From: Blepharisma stoltei ATCC 30299
Lineage: Eukaryota; Protista; Ciliophora
Assembly: GCA_965603825.1 (NCBI GenBank)
Contig: CBFDEM010000001.1
Coordinates: 248,001 to 312,000, forward strand
DNA length: 64,000 bases
Direction: 5' to 3'
Part shown: piece after piece, positions 22,558-34,527 of the stretch
Layout of the letters: every line of letters starts with the position of its first letter
Position numbering within the stretch: the stretch's first letter is position 1
Translations under genes and position numbers: made by a program
Notes under the pieces: generated by a model
Told to the model about the DNA's origin: nothing
What the model saw: only the letters and a program-made list of their open reading frames with translations
Databases searched by the model: none

Positions 22558-24291
22558 CTATCCTTTATTTGATTCTTCTTCATTTAATTTTTGTCAATCA
22601 ACTATTGATTTTTTCTTGAAGCAGAAGCATTTTGTTGTGGTTTCCTGCACAGATACTTCACTATCGCTTATTGGGGAAAGCCTCCCAGTTAAATGTGTGA
22701 TTTCATTATCTTCATTTGCTAAGAGCATTGAACTTGTATCAGAATCTGCAGACACTCGACTTTCTCTGCCTTTTACATCTTTTGTTTTCTGCTTAAACAA
22801 TACGTTATATGCAAATCTTTGATGAGTTGTGGTATTCTTTATCACATTTACTAATTGGACATAAAATAAAGGCAAAACTAAAAGAAATAGCACTCCGCTT
22901 ATTATACCAACAATAAACGATACAGTTTCACCGCAAGAGTGCCAAGGTTCATTTTCAAAGATTTCATGATACAAGCCATCACCTTGCACAATCTCTAATT
23001 CATCTAAAATTCCTATAATAAATGTATATAAAAAATCCGTTTCTATAACCAAAAGAAACAGAAAAAATGAAAAATGGTTGCTAAATAGAGAATACTTTTT
23101 CCCTACACAATTATGAATCCATGGGCAATGATGATCAAATTTTTTCACACATCTATTGCAATGCTGGCAATGCTTTATTTGGTACGATCTTCTAACCTCA
23201 CAATATGCACACACAAAATCGCCATTATATGTCTCATACAATCTAAAAATATTCATTTTGGGGTCTCTTTCTGCATATCCAGGATTTGTATTTGATGCAA
23301 TTTGAAACAATATAAAATTCGCCACAAATGAGACACAAAATGCAACCCCAAACCAAAATTCCAAGTGTGGTATTACAAATAAAAAAATTGATGCTCATCT
23401 CCCTACAAATACAAAAAGAAACACACAAAATGCTGCATATGAATTCGCAACTGGCTTTAAAGGTGTCCCAATCGGGTTGAAATTAGCAAATCATGACTGC
23501 GAGCTTAGGGCTTCTCGGATTTGAATTGATGCACCATGCTGCTCTGCAAGGTTTAATGCAGTGAAGCCTTCATTATTCCTGATCTCTCTGCTTGCTCCAC
23601 GCATGAGTAAATGTCTTATAATTCTGTAGCTTTTAGCCAATGTTGATAAATGTAAAGGTGTGTTTCCTTCGTTATCCTGCTCATTCATGTCTTGGCTTCA
23701 GGCAATTAGCGCAGTGGAGCTTTGTTCTTGGCCTTCAAAAGCAGCGGTATGAAGTGCAGTTCTCCCATCATTATCTTTGATGTCTAGCGGTATTTTGAAC
23801 TCTTTATGAAATCTCGCAATCAAAGCAAGCTGACCTGCAGATGCAGCAAGATGAATAACTCCTTTTCCTTTGGAATCCACAATTGTGCAGTCTGCTCCTA
23901 GTTTAAGATAACAATATGTTAGATTCTGAATATGATTTACCCTGCGACCTGCCATAATAGCAATATGAAGTGGGGTCCTTCCTTCATCATTATCTTTATG
24001 ATTAAGCAGGCGTTTAAATACTTCTGCGTAATTGTCTGGGTACTTATTTTTTATCTGAATGATATTTACAAATAGAACTGCTTGATCTAAAAACTCTAAT
24101 AGCTTTTGTTCTCTAATTACAGATAGTGCAATTTCATGGAAAACTAGATAAAAATCACTATTGTTGGATTCTGTGGAGAGCATATCTCATATATCGCCTG
24201 GAAATGAGTTTAATGTGTTATAATATCGAATTGGGTCCAGAGTTACTGTGGCTTGAGATAATTCTTCTAAAGGGTCTGCGATTTCAGACAT
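22558..24291 (-). CDS. Ankyrin-repeat DHHC palmitoyltransferase (Akr1/ZDHHC17-like), about 567 aa
   Basis: Ankyrin repeats ([24 protein letters not shown]) and [28 protein letters not shown] at 24291, several TGA, TAG at 22558-22560, two stop-free 15-nt introns. Confidence 0.9.
23081..23095 (-). other. 15-nt in-frame, stop-free intron GTATTCTCTATTTAG
   Basis: Removal restores the canonical DHHC spacing NCVGKNNHFSF. Confidence 0.85.
23926..23940 (-). other. Probable 15-nt in-frame, stop-free intron GTAAATCATATTCAG
   Basis: Matches the intron consensus. If retained it inserts VNHIQ into an ankyrin repeat. Confidence 0.7.
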
Positions 24292-24680
24292 TTCTTATCA
24301 TATTAAAAATTTAGCATCTATCAGAGTTTTAATAAAATAATGAACTTATATATCAGTTAAATATATAATAACTTTAGGCTCAAACTTTATCTATCGTTTA
24401 TTTTCGTTTTTATTTTAGCTATTCAAAACCTCTGCAATCAAATTTGACCAAAAAAATTAAAAGAATAAATTAATAGAAAAAAATTTATAGGAGGAAAGAA
24501 TTGTCTCTAATAATTAATAATTTAATAATATATTTTTAACAATTAAAGAACAAATTCTGCTAGCGGAATAAAATCTAATATAATCGCTAAATTTAAGATT
24601 TATATTTATTATGTGTAAGTATATGAACATTTAAACACATTTGATTTATTCAGAATTAAGATTTGAATACCATACAAAAA

Positions 24681-25607
24681 TTAAATTAAATTTTTGATAT
24701 CTGCTATTTTTGAAAGCCAAGGTACAGAAAATTTCTTCGCTATAAATCTTAGCGCAGAGGATCGAGGAGATTGTACAAGTTTACACAAACTTAAGGAGCA
24801 GTCTTGCAAAGCTTCTTCGGTATAGCCAATTTCTTTCAAAAGTGATAACAGCAACGAAATTGGTTTTCCCAATAATTTACTAGTTACATAAACAGAAGAA
24901 GCAGCTATTTCTGATGGTCTATACTTCAACATATTATAATCACCAAGTGAAAGTTCAATAAGATACCTTGAAAAGTTAAAAGAAAAGTTATCCATATTTT
25001 CTAATTGCGCATATCTTTCAAGGAATCTAAAAGGTGTTGCCACAGTTAGCTTGAATTCTAATTTTATTAGAATTTTGACTTCCATATTCAAAATTTCCTC
25101 AGAGGTAAAAGTATCCCCTGAAACATGTGTTAGATCTGAAGTGGCTGGAATTCAAGTTTCTTCGTATTTGCATGCTATAAAAAGTGAAGAAACCCCAATT
25201 AATTGCAATGAATTCAATTTGACCTGCACTTTTTCAAGGTATCTGTCTAATATATTGACTGTTAAAAAGAGAGTTTCAGAAGAAGCGTCTATTCTTGAGC
25301 CAACTTCAACGAGCCAATCTACAAGAATGGCTCTTAGGTGCTCATTAATTTCGATTTGCGTGTCCATATATCCTCATTTGGCTTTGTTAGTTGTGTCTAC
25401 TAACTGTAGATATGTGTATATTTCTTCGGCGTATTCTTCTACAGCTGAGGATGGCTTGGAGTCAGAGTCATTAAGATGGGATGGCTGGAGCACCAAATTG
25501 GTGATATCATTGCCAAAAGATCTGACACTTGAGTTTGGGTTTGAAATTTTCTGCTTCTGACAAAAATTCTCTTTGTCTTCTGAAGGATTTGGTATGTTTG
25601 ACTTCAT
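24681..25607 (-). CDS. Cyclin A/B-type, 308 aa
   Basis: D-box-like RSFGNDITN; cyclin box LRAILVDWLVEV, LQLIGVSSLFIACKYEE. Three ORFs joined by TGA. Confidence 0.93.
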
Positions 25608-25840
25608 AAGATTAAATTAAATTGATTGCCCCTTTTAAAACATTGTATGCTAGTAATTTGTTAAAACTTATCTGAGTTGTTATCATATAAAAATTGATTG
25701 CTCATCTGTAAAGCAATACAAAATATTCTGAACAAAATAGATAAACATAAGTAAAATTTAGAATTAGTTTTATAGGCATTCAGTGCTACTTATTTATAAA
25801 TTTAATCAATACCAAACTATCACATATTTAAAATTTACAT

Positions 25841-27028
25841 TTAAAATCATATAGATTTTCTTCCATGAGAAGTCATTGTCATCCTACTTGAAGGTGAATT
25901 TTCTCCTAGAATTATATAAAATGCACTAATTTCTTGGCTTATATCTTCAAGACAGCTAATGGTCTCCAACATTTTTTCCCTGAGTTTTTTAACTTCACTT
26001 TCATTTTTCGCATAAATCTCATTCGATTTCTCTACATTTTTTTCGATTTCTTCTATTTCTGCTTTAAATTTGGCCTTTTTTTCTTTTTGTTTATGTAAAG
26101 TTTCAAGCTGCTTATTTGCTTTGAAATTTAATTCATTGATCGTTGAGGTCAAAATACTAACAATATTCCTTTGGTCCTTTATATCATCTTCTAAATTTGA
26201 TACCATTTCCTTTAGCCCTGATTCAGTATCTCGAAGTTCATTAATTTGTTCTGTATTAAATGCTTCCATCCTATTTAAGTTATGAAGCTCTCTGTCGAAT
26301 TCTGGGGTTAATTTTTTTAGCAAAAATAGTTCGGTTTCTTTTTCTTCTTTCATCCAAATTGCTTCCTTTATTCGTATATTTGCCAACTCGATCTTCAAAA
26401 ATAGAGACTTGCTTTCTTCTTCTTTTTTCTCAAGCTGTGTTTGCAATTCTTTTAATGTGTTAGCGCTGTCTTTGATTAAAATATTTTTATCATTTGATTC
26501 TATTTTAAGATTTTGCATGCTCAATGAAAGATTTTCATCTATTTCTATATATTTTGAACACTTTTTATTTGCCTTATCTCTATATGCTTCAATATTTTTA
26601 AGCTCTTTTCTTTTTATCTTGATTTCTCTTTCTAAATTTTCCTTGTTTTTAATTTTCTGTTGCAAAATCTTTTCAAGCTTATCAATTTTTGTGTCTGCAT
26701 ATTCATCATTATGTCTGTTGTTAATTTTTTCTAATTGGCTTGGCTTAGGCAAACTGTCATTATTTCCAAAAAGTTGTATTTGTGTTTGGCCATAATCATT
26801 TATAACATCTTTTGTTACCAAAATACCTCGCCTTTTTTCTGGAGATGGGATATCTGAGTGATTTATAAAAGAATTTCTGAACGAGTGTGTTTCAAGTTTA
26901 TGAGACAAAAATCTATATTCGATGCAAAAATTATTTTCATCGATTGAGCTTCTATCTTCTTTTTGCTGAAATAAAGGCATATTTTCATTATACTGGATTG
27001 ATAAGCGGTCAACTGAAATTTCTTTCAT
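25841..27028 (-). CDS. Coiled-coil protein
   Basis: Long heptad-rich ORF ending TGA-TTT-TAA. Confidence 0.75.
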
Positions 27029-27677
27029 ATTTAATAATTATTATAACAATAATCTCAAAAAGACATTAACTGAATTTTCCATAAATAAATTTGAGGATAT
27101 GTTAGATCCAAGAAGACTTTTATGCTCAATAAGCAATTTTAATTAAAAGAGCTTACATATAGAATAAGAAGAGACAATGCTCTCCTACTTCCTACTTTCA
27201 TTATAGGTTAAGGTAATCATAAATACATACATAATTTGATACTTAATCTTCAATAGTGTTGGCTGTTTTGGAAAGAAAAAATCCAAGCAGTGCTTTTAGA
27301 CATTAATTTCAAATTATATTATTAACGAGCATTTTTATAGCCTGCAAACCTAGTTATTGATAACTTGGTTTCTAAATAAGTAGATCCTAATTAATCCTTA
27401 TTTATAGAGTTATACTTGTTTGTTGTATAAATATTAATTTTTGAAAAGGAGACATTTAATGATATGAATTATGGTGGGTAAATTAGACCGTATTTAGATT
27501 TCTTAAGTTTCTAAATTAGTAAGAAATACTTATTATCTTTATATGAGGTTAAAACTAATTCTTGAAATTTGTTCTAATATCACACCTATTAAAGCATAAA
27601 TTATCGCAAATGCTTCAAGTTTTTATTTATGTTGACTAAAATGATTTAATATCTCTATTTTCAGTAAATATAAGCGA

Positions 27678-28184
27678 ATGCTCAACGATGCTACGCTACA
27701 TAAGCAAATTCTTGCAGGATTTCAAAGAGAGCCAACAGTCGATGACAAATACGGTGTCCACTTCAAATACGAAGATCTGTTTTCTCGTCTTATGGCAGTT
27801 AAGATCGAAAGAGAAGGCAAGGCAAAAGCTTTGATTAGAAGACGGTCTCTCCCAAAGCAAGCCAGATACAATAAATATTTCGATTTAGACATTAAACAAA
27901 ATGAGGCACTTACTGAAAGAACAGTGCATCAAGAGCTTAACCACCAAAAAAATAGAAAATCACTAGCGTCATTAAAATATGGAATTCTTCAGCAAAAGCA
28001 GCAAGAAAATGTAAAAAGAAGTCTTTCCCCATATAGGCAGCCTGATAATGCAAACTTGGATGCCAGAAATAGACCGAAAAATCCATATGAGAAGAGAATC
28101 AAGTCTAGAGCAAAATCTTCAATTGAACAAAAAGAGAAAATCGAAAGATTAGACAATTTTCATCGTAAACTTATTAAAAACTAA
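27678..28184 (+). CDS. Hypothetical basic protein
   Basis: 168-codon ORF from ATG to TAA with coding-like composition. Confidence 0.65.
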   Translation: MLNDATLHKQILAGFQREPTVDDKYGVHFKYEDLFSRLMAVKIEREGKAKALIRRRSLPKQARYNKYFDLDIKQNEALTERTVHQELNHQKNRKSLASLKYGILQQKQQENVKRSLSPYRQPDNANLDARNRPKNPYEKRIKSRAKSSIEQKEKIERLDNFHRKLIKN

Positions 28185-28261
28185 TTTAAGTGCTTATATA
28201 TATTTATTTTGGAATTATAAGAAATTAGAGTACAGTCTATTATTTTTCGAAATATTATTTA

Positions 28262-31200
28262 ATGGAAGATCGATTTGCCCTAATACAGCCTAAAGAACCC
28301 AGCAGCCTTTTAAGTTTTCCAAAAAAGCGCACTTACACAGAGCTTCAAGCTGAGTCCAAACCAATTGGTCCTCCACCTCAAACAAAAGCCACAATTCAAG
28401 AAGAGTATAGCAAGCTAAAATTATCAATCGCGGGTGGCCAGACGCTAGAAACATACTTATCGTTAGAAGAGCAGCATTTGGAAATAGAAGACTATAAAAA
28501 ACACTCACAGCCTGAAGATCCATATCAACAAGCCACACCTGACTTTATTCTTAGAAAAAGGATAGAAATCAACGATACTTTGAGAAGTCGCTACAGAGTT
28601 TCTCCCAATGCAACAATGCTAAGTGGGATTTTGCCAGAAATTCATAGAGTTTGGTACAGCCTTGATAATATTTTGATACTCTGGGACTATACAAGGCCCA
28701 ATAGCATCATTGAGCACGCAGGATCGAATGATGTGATCGTTGGAGTTGCAATTTTGCCAAAAAACACTGAGCTCTTCACCAATAGAGTGTCTTATGTGCT
28801 TCTTGTAGCTACAAGGATAGACATGCAATTTATAGGTGTGGTCACAGAGCCAGAGTTTCGTTTAGTTTCAAGTGAAATGAATGTGACCACTGACGAAGTC
28901 GATATGGAATGCTTTACAACATTAAATAATGGCCGAATCTTAATAGGTGGCGCAGATGGGAATATAAACGAACTTAAATACACAACTAGTTCTTGGTTTT
29001 CCTCCACAAAAAAATATAAAAAAGAATGCATTTCAAGTAGTTTCCTGTCTTTATTCATCCCAGGATTTTTGAAAAGGCATATTAATCCAAACAGCGTAAA
29101 GCAGCTTAGCGTCGACTCTTCACGAAATATTCTTTATGCACTGATAAAATCCACTGTGAGCATTGCAAGCTACAGAATTGAAGTCTACGATCTAGGCATA
29201 TATGGAGACACAACGAGAAAAGTGGTAAATATCAATTCAAATGAACTGTTTCAACGGCTGAGAGAGCATTCTCCAAGACTTGCAAATTTAAGTGGGGAAA
29301 GACTTGAAGTCGTCCATATTTCAGCTATTTCGAGAGCTCTATCACTTGAGTATCATTTGATGGCGCTAACGAGGAATGGGATAAGGATTTATTTTACGTT
29401 TCATGAAGCACTCATTGAAATGGAGTATTATGATGAGGGCTATCTTAGAAGGCCACTGGATGAATACTCGATTAATATAAAATTTCCTCCAGCTTCTACA
29501 TATAAAAGAGATGAGAAAATCAATTCTCAGCCTTTTGCGTTAGGGATTACCTCAGACAAGCCATCAAGCTATGAAATTGCACAACTTATTGAAAACGGCA
29601 ACCTCATCATTTCAGAAAAAGGAGAAATGGAAGCAAAGCTGGTTAATATTGGCAGGTCTTTAAGCAGAATTGCTTTATTCCAAGGGGAAAAAGGAAGATA
29701 CATTCTTGAGCCAGATGAAACTGTAAGCTGCATAGAGGAGCTAAGTGAAGTTGACGTCCAATGCATGGCAGAAATCCCAGCTTCAATTAGAATGTCTCCA
29801 AATTGTGCTCAGCTCTGCAACTTCTTGCCAAGGAATGAATTCAGATCCACTTTACCTCTCAAATACTTAGGATGCAGATCTGGAGATCTATCTTTTCAAT
29901 GTTTGTCTAATCTTTCCAACATCTTATACAGGCCTCCCAGCAAGCTTCTAGTGTTAACATCTAGCGAGCTTTTAGAGTTTTCTGAAATTCGTCCAATTGA
30001 TCTTGTTTATCAAGCACTAATACAAGACCCCCCTAAAGACATCCAACAGATTCGAGACCTTTCCGAAAAATATGGGATTGTCCACGTTTGTGCGATGCTT
30101 GTAGCAATTCTTTCTTCTCCACTGATTTTATCTGCTGAAAATGGGGATATCCAAACGCCCCTCTCAAGCAAAGAAATGCAAAAAGCTTTTAATTTCTTCA
30201 GACAGATTGGAAATAACAAAATCTGGGACACCTATCTTCACTCTTATAGGCCTGAAGACCCACTAATGGCTCTTGCTGAATTCAAGGCTCTTTATATCCA
30301 TTTAGGACGAATTTTGCGGCCAGTTTGAAGCGAAAATATCACCTACTGGGAAGGCGATTATTCAAATCAAACTGAGCAGTTTCATTCTCCTCAGCTAAAG
30401 GAGCTAAAAGACAGGATGATACCCTTCATTAAGTTTATTAGAGATTCATATCCTGAAAGTATTGGCGACGTTGATAAAGGTAACATAAAAAGCTCAGAAG
30501 CATCAAAAGATCCTATTATCAATATCTATCAGCTATCAAAGCGCATATTAGATGGAATTGAGCTTTTAACTTTACTATCAGACGACTACTCGTTCAGAAA
30601 AGTCGTCAATGAGCTTACCAATGATGATCAAATGGTTCTTCAGTCCATAACCTTCAGAGACCTAATTTGCACTAGCCAAGGACATATTCTAGCAAAAGCT
30701 CTAATTGAAGCTTATATCACCCAGCTGAGAAATCCAAGAATTTCAAGAGCAAAGAAAGTGCAGCTGGAGGAGTGTTTGAGGAATCTAAATCAAAAATGCT
30801 CAAGTTTCTTCACAACCGCAGACTCTGAAATATATGTGGCTGAAGAATGCTTATCCAAAGCCAAAAGTGAAATGACTGAGCATAAAAATGAGTACATTGA
30901 AGAAGCCATGAAAAGATTATTAAGAAACGCAGCGTCAGTTGGACTGCAAAAAATTGTGGGAGAACTAAAGGAGTTGGAATTTTATAAAGGAATTATCCAC
31001 CTTTGCCTGCAAAAGGCTAAAGATATAGCAGATATCAAAGGCAAAGAATCTGGGTCTGAAGTGTATGATTGCTATCAATATATTTTCCAAATTTTACATG
31101 AAATTCAAGAAGCAATAGATCGATCAAATGTAGTGAGCAATAGCTTTGCTTCATATCCTGCTGACTTTTTAGCTAAGCTTCGAAGTGAAATTATAGACGA

Positions 31201-32491
31201 GTGCTGTAAGGTCAACGATAGGCAGCTACACTGGGCTTTGTTTACATGGTTTAATGATATCGGCTCACCTATGGACATTTTGTCTCTGGAAAGTCCATTT
31301 GTAAAAGAATTCATCGAAAAAACTTACAATTCCAATTCAGCTCCAGACTCCCCTTTGTTGGCTAAATACTGCATGAAAATGAAAGACTTTTTGACTGCAT
31401 TTAAAGAGTTCGGGCGAATTGCAATTCTTGATAAAGTGGACATTCCTGTTGAACTGAGAATGGAATACTTAGATTTAAGCTCTCTTTGCTTAGAAAAATA
31501 TATTGAAAATTTCAAGGGAACCCCTCAAGAAACTTCAAAGCTTAAGCAAGAAAAAGATAACTTGGAATTAAGGAAAGACTTGGCAAGAATACAGCTAAAT
31601 ATGATCAAAGAAATAGGCAGAAAAGTCAATGAAGTACAAAGTGAAGTGGACAGAAATGCACTAGGCACTGCATATGAGCTATTAAACAGAAACTTCTTGA
31701 CTGTAAGTGATCTTTGTGAAAATTTTGCCAAAAAATATGAATTACTGGATTCACAATTTGAATTGCTGCATTATGTAAAAGAAAACTCCAACATGGAGAA
31801 CCAAGATGTCATAAATTCTATGAAATCCATTTATATTCCTCTAATTAAGTCATTGGCTGATGACAATTGGCCCAATAAAATCATTTCGAAGCTTGAAGAA
31901 TTCGGAACCAAATACCCTTACGCATTTAATTTGTCTTATATTATAAGCAAAGCTGAGCCAATAAATGCTTCTAAAAATATTGTAAATAACTGACTTCCTA
32001 ATCTTGCTTTACAATTGCCCATTGAAGAAGGATACGCTGAGCTCTGGGATTATTATTATGGTTTTTATAAAGAGTCTAAAGATGATCCGCAAATGTGTTG
32101 GACACTATTGGCAAGACTTGAGTTTATATTAAAAACGTGGCTCAGAGATCTCAATAAAAAAGCAGTAGAAAGAAACTTGTGGAGCTCTTCGAAAGGGAAA
32201 GATTTAGCACCAAATTACAAGTTTGATGAGAGAGCTCAATCAATAAATGAATTTTTCATACAGGTTAATAATGATTTGCAGGTTTTGCCAGAAAGCAAAA
32301 GATTAAAAGCCGAAAATGAGTTCAAAAATTTGTTGGTGAGCTTTGATTCACTTAAAAAGGATACAAAAGGAAGACCTTCAGAGTCAGCACCTGGGTCCAT
32401 ATTGAGACCTTCTTTTAGAGGGAGGCTTAATTTTTCAGAGTCAAGACCACAAAGTGAAACTGGAAGTGAAAGAAGAAATGCGATGGGCTAA
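28262..32491 (+). CDS. NUP155: Nucleoporin Nup155/Nup170, about 1409 aa
   Basis: GILPEIHRVWYSLDNILILWDY, NGRILIGGADGNINELKY, RILRPVW(TGA), TFRDLICTSQG and LHWALFTWF. Three ORFs in frame through TGA. Confidence 0.93.
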
Positions 32492-32897
32492 ATAAGCAAG
32501 GTAATATGAAATAACTGAAATTTACATACTATAGATTAAAAAAGATTAAATATCATATAATTTTATTAGAAAATCAGCCTTATTTATTATTAAAAATTTA
32601 TATTTGATTTCCAAGTCTTGTTTTTCCAACAGCCATTAATAATTTCTCTTCAATTTTGCTTTGAAACATTCAAAAGCGAATTTATTTCCGCTTAAAATAA
32701 AAATTCTCAACCATTTTTAGTAGAAATAAAATGTTATCTTTCATTGTCTTATTTTTTACGTAAGTTATTTTCATAAATTAATTTCTCTAGTTATTTCTAA
32801 TCCCTTAATTGCTTAATCTCCCTCTCTACTCATTAATATTTTTTCTAATTCGTTTTATGTTCCACACGGATATGAGTTTATTTAAACATTAACAAAC

Positions 32898-33449
32898 ATG
32901 CTGTCTATATATTTTAAAACCAAGATGGAACTTGATCTTAAGCTCAGTCAAAGCACTGAATGTCCAATTTGTTTGGACATGCTATATGCCCCAGTCTCCA
33001 CTCAATGTGGGCATAATTTTTGCATGACCTGCCTTGAAGAAGTTGTTCGAAATCGATTTTATCATGCGAAATGCCCAATCTGTCGATCAATCCTCCCAGC
33101 CTCAGGTTACAGAGTAAACCACCTGCTTGAAAATTTCCTATCAATGCTTTTTCCCAAAGAATACCAATTAAGAAGCCAAAGCAGCAATAACCAAGCAGCT
33201 CTTAACTTACGCTACAGAATGAGAATAAAGCACGGCATCAAACTAGTAATAATAGTCTGCATTGGAATTGCAGCAGGATGGTACGCAAGAAGAGCGCTGC
33301 CTGAGCTAAAGCTTAGGGCTATTCTCAGACTTCTTTCCAAACTGCTTTCATTTATTTTCACAATCATCTGTGGGCATTACTCAGGGTTTGGCCAAATGCT
33401 CATTTCAAACTTTGTTACAACACTATTCAGATCAAGCATCGTCTGGTAA
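32898..33449 (+). CDS. C3HC4 RING-finger membrane protein (start may be ATG 32925)
   Basis: CPICLDMLYAPVSTQCGHNFCMTC...CPICR followed by C-terminal hydrophobic segments. Confidence 0.88.
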   Translation: MLSIYFKTKMELDLKLSQSTECPICLDMLYAPVSTQCGHNFCMTCLEEVVRNRFYHAKCPICRSILPASGYRVNHLLENFLSMLFPKEYQLRSQSSNNQAALNLRYRMRIKHGIKLVIIVCIGIAAGWYARRALPELKLRAILRLLSKLLSFIFTIICGHYSGFGQMLISNFVTTLFRSSIVW

Positions 33450-33506
33450 TCAACATTATCTATACTTATTTGAGTATCTTTAATTTTAATAAATTGATAA
33501 AATAAT

Positions 33507-34094
33507 ATGCCCAAACAAGTAATACAGCCGATTTCTCTCCTCAAACGAAATTTAAAGTCGAAGCAGCAAATTTTCCACGTTAAAAGTACCCCGAAAATCC
33601 TGTCAAAATATAAGTACAAGAGGAAAAGCTCTGTAGATCTCCAACAACAGTTCACGAAATCGGAGACCACAGAGATCCAAGCAATTGAATTTGAAGCCCT
33701 CCCGAAGACTTTGCAAGCGTATTTCAAGACTTCGCAGATGAAAAACCACATAAAGCCGGACAGATACGCTTCACAAGAGATTCCTGAATTTCACCACAAG
33801 GAAAAGCCAAGCTCGCCTCAGCAGCAAGTAAAGAGCACAACAGAGAAAGTGGAAGATGGGACTGTTTACTGTATATGTAATAGACCTTACCAGCAAGGAG
33901 AAATCATGTTTAAGTGTGAAGGATTTTGCGGCAATTGGTATCATCCGAATTGTATCAATATGCAGGCAAGCGAAACAGAGAGGCAGCTGAATACCAATGA
34001 GAGGTGGTACTGTCCAGAGTGCTTACAAACGGCGATTGAGGTCATGCAAGATTCGAACGTTGTCAAGGAAAGTAAAAGAATGAGGGCCAACTAA
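33507..34094 (+). CDS. PHD-finger protein
   Basis: VYCICNRPY...MFKCEGFCGNWYHPNCI...WYCPEC. Confidence 0.9.
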   Translation: MPKQVIQPISLLKRNLKSKQQIFHVKSTPKILSKYKYKRKSSVDLQQQFTKSETTEIQAIEFEALPKTLQAYFKTSQMKNHIKPDRYASQEIPEFHHKEKPSSPQQQVKSTTEKVEDGTVYCICNRPYQQGEIMFKCEGFCGNWYHPNCINMQASETERQLNTNERWYCPECLQTAIEVMQDSNVVKESKRMRAN

Positions 34095-34527
34095 TATAAG
34101 ATAATAGAATTAATATTGATGGTAAAAATAGGTGGTTGAGATAAGATACTATAGTGGATATTGAAAATGATTCTGAATTTTGATACTATTTGAAATAGAA
34201 TCATTCATAAAAAGAATGAATATGGAGTGGAGAATTTTTGGCATTTTCTTATTATATATAAATAAACTCAATTAGGAGATGTGCTAAGCAATTTTCGCTC
34301 AAATTATTTGAAATACGATGATAAAATTGTGAATTTGAATTATATAATATTTTATAGAATAATTTTTTTAGAATTTGTTTTTGAGAAACTTAATGGCTTG
34401 AGAAGCCAAAGGATAATTACCTGTTTGTACTTTCTTTTACATAATAAGCGTTAATTGGATTGTTGAGATATAAATTTATTTCCATATTGATAGTAGTTTC
34501 AGGAATTAACATTAATAACACTAATTA

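Noticed and set aside
8223-25607. TDM1-like, eIF4G-like and cyclin genes as a functional cluster
   Set aside because: They are separated by many unrelated genes, so the proximity is likely chance in a gene-dense eukaryotic chromosome.
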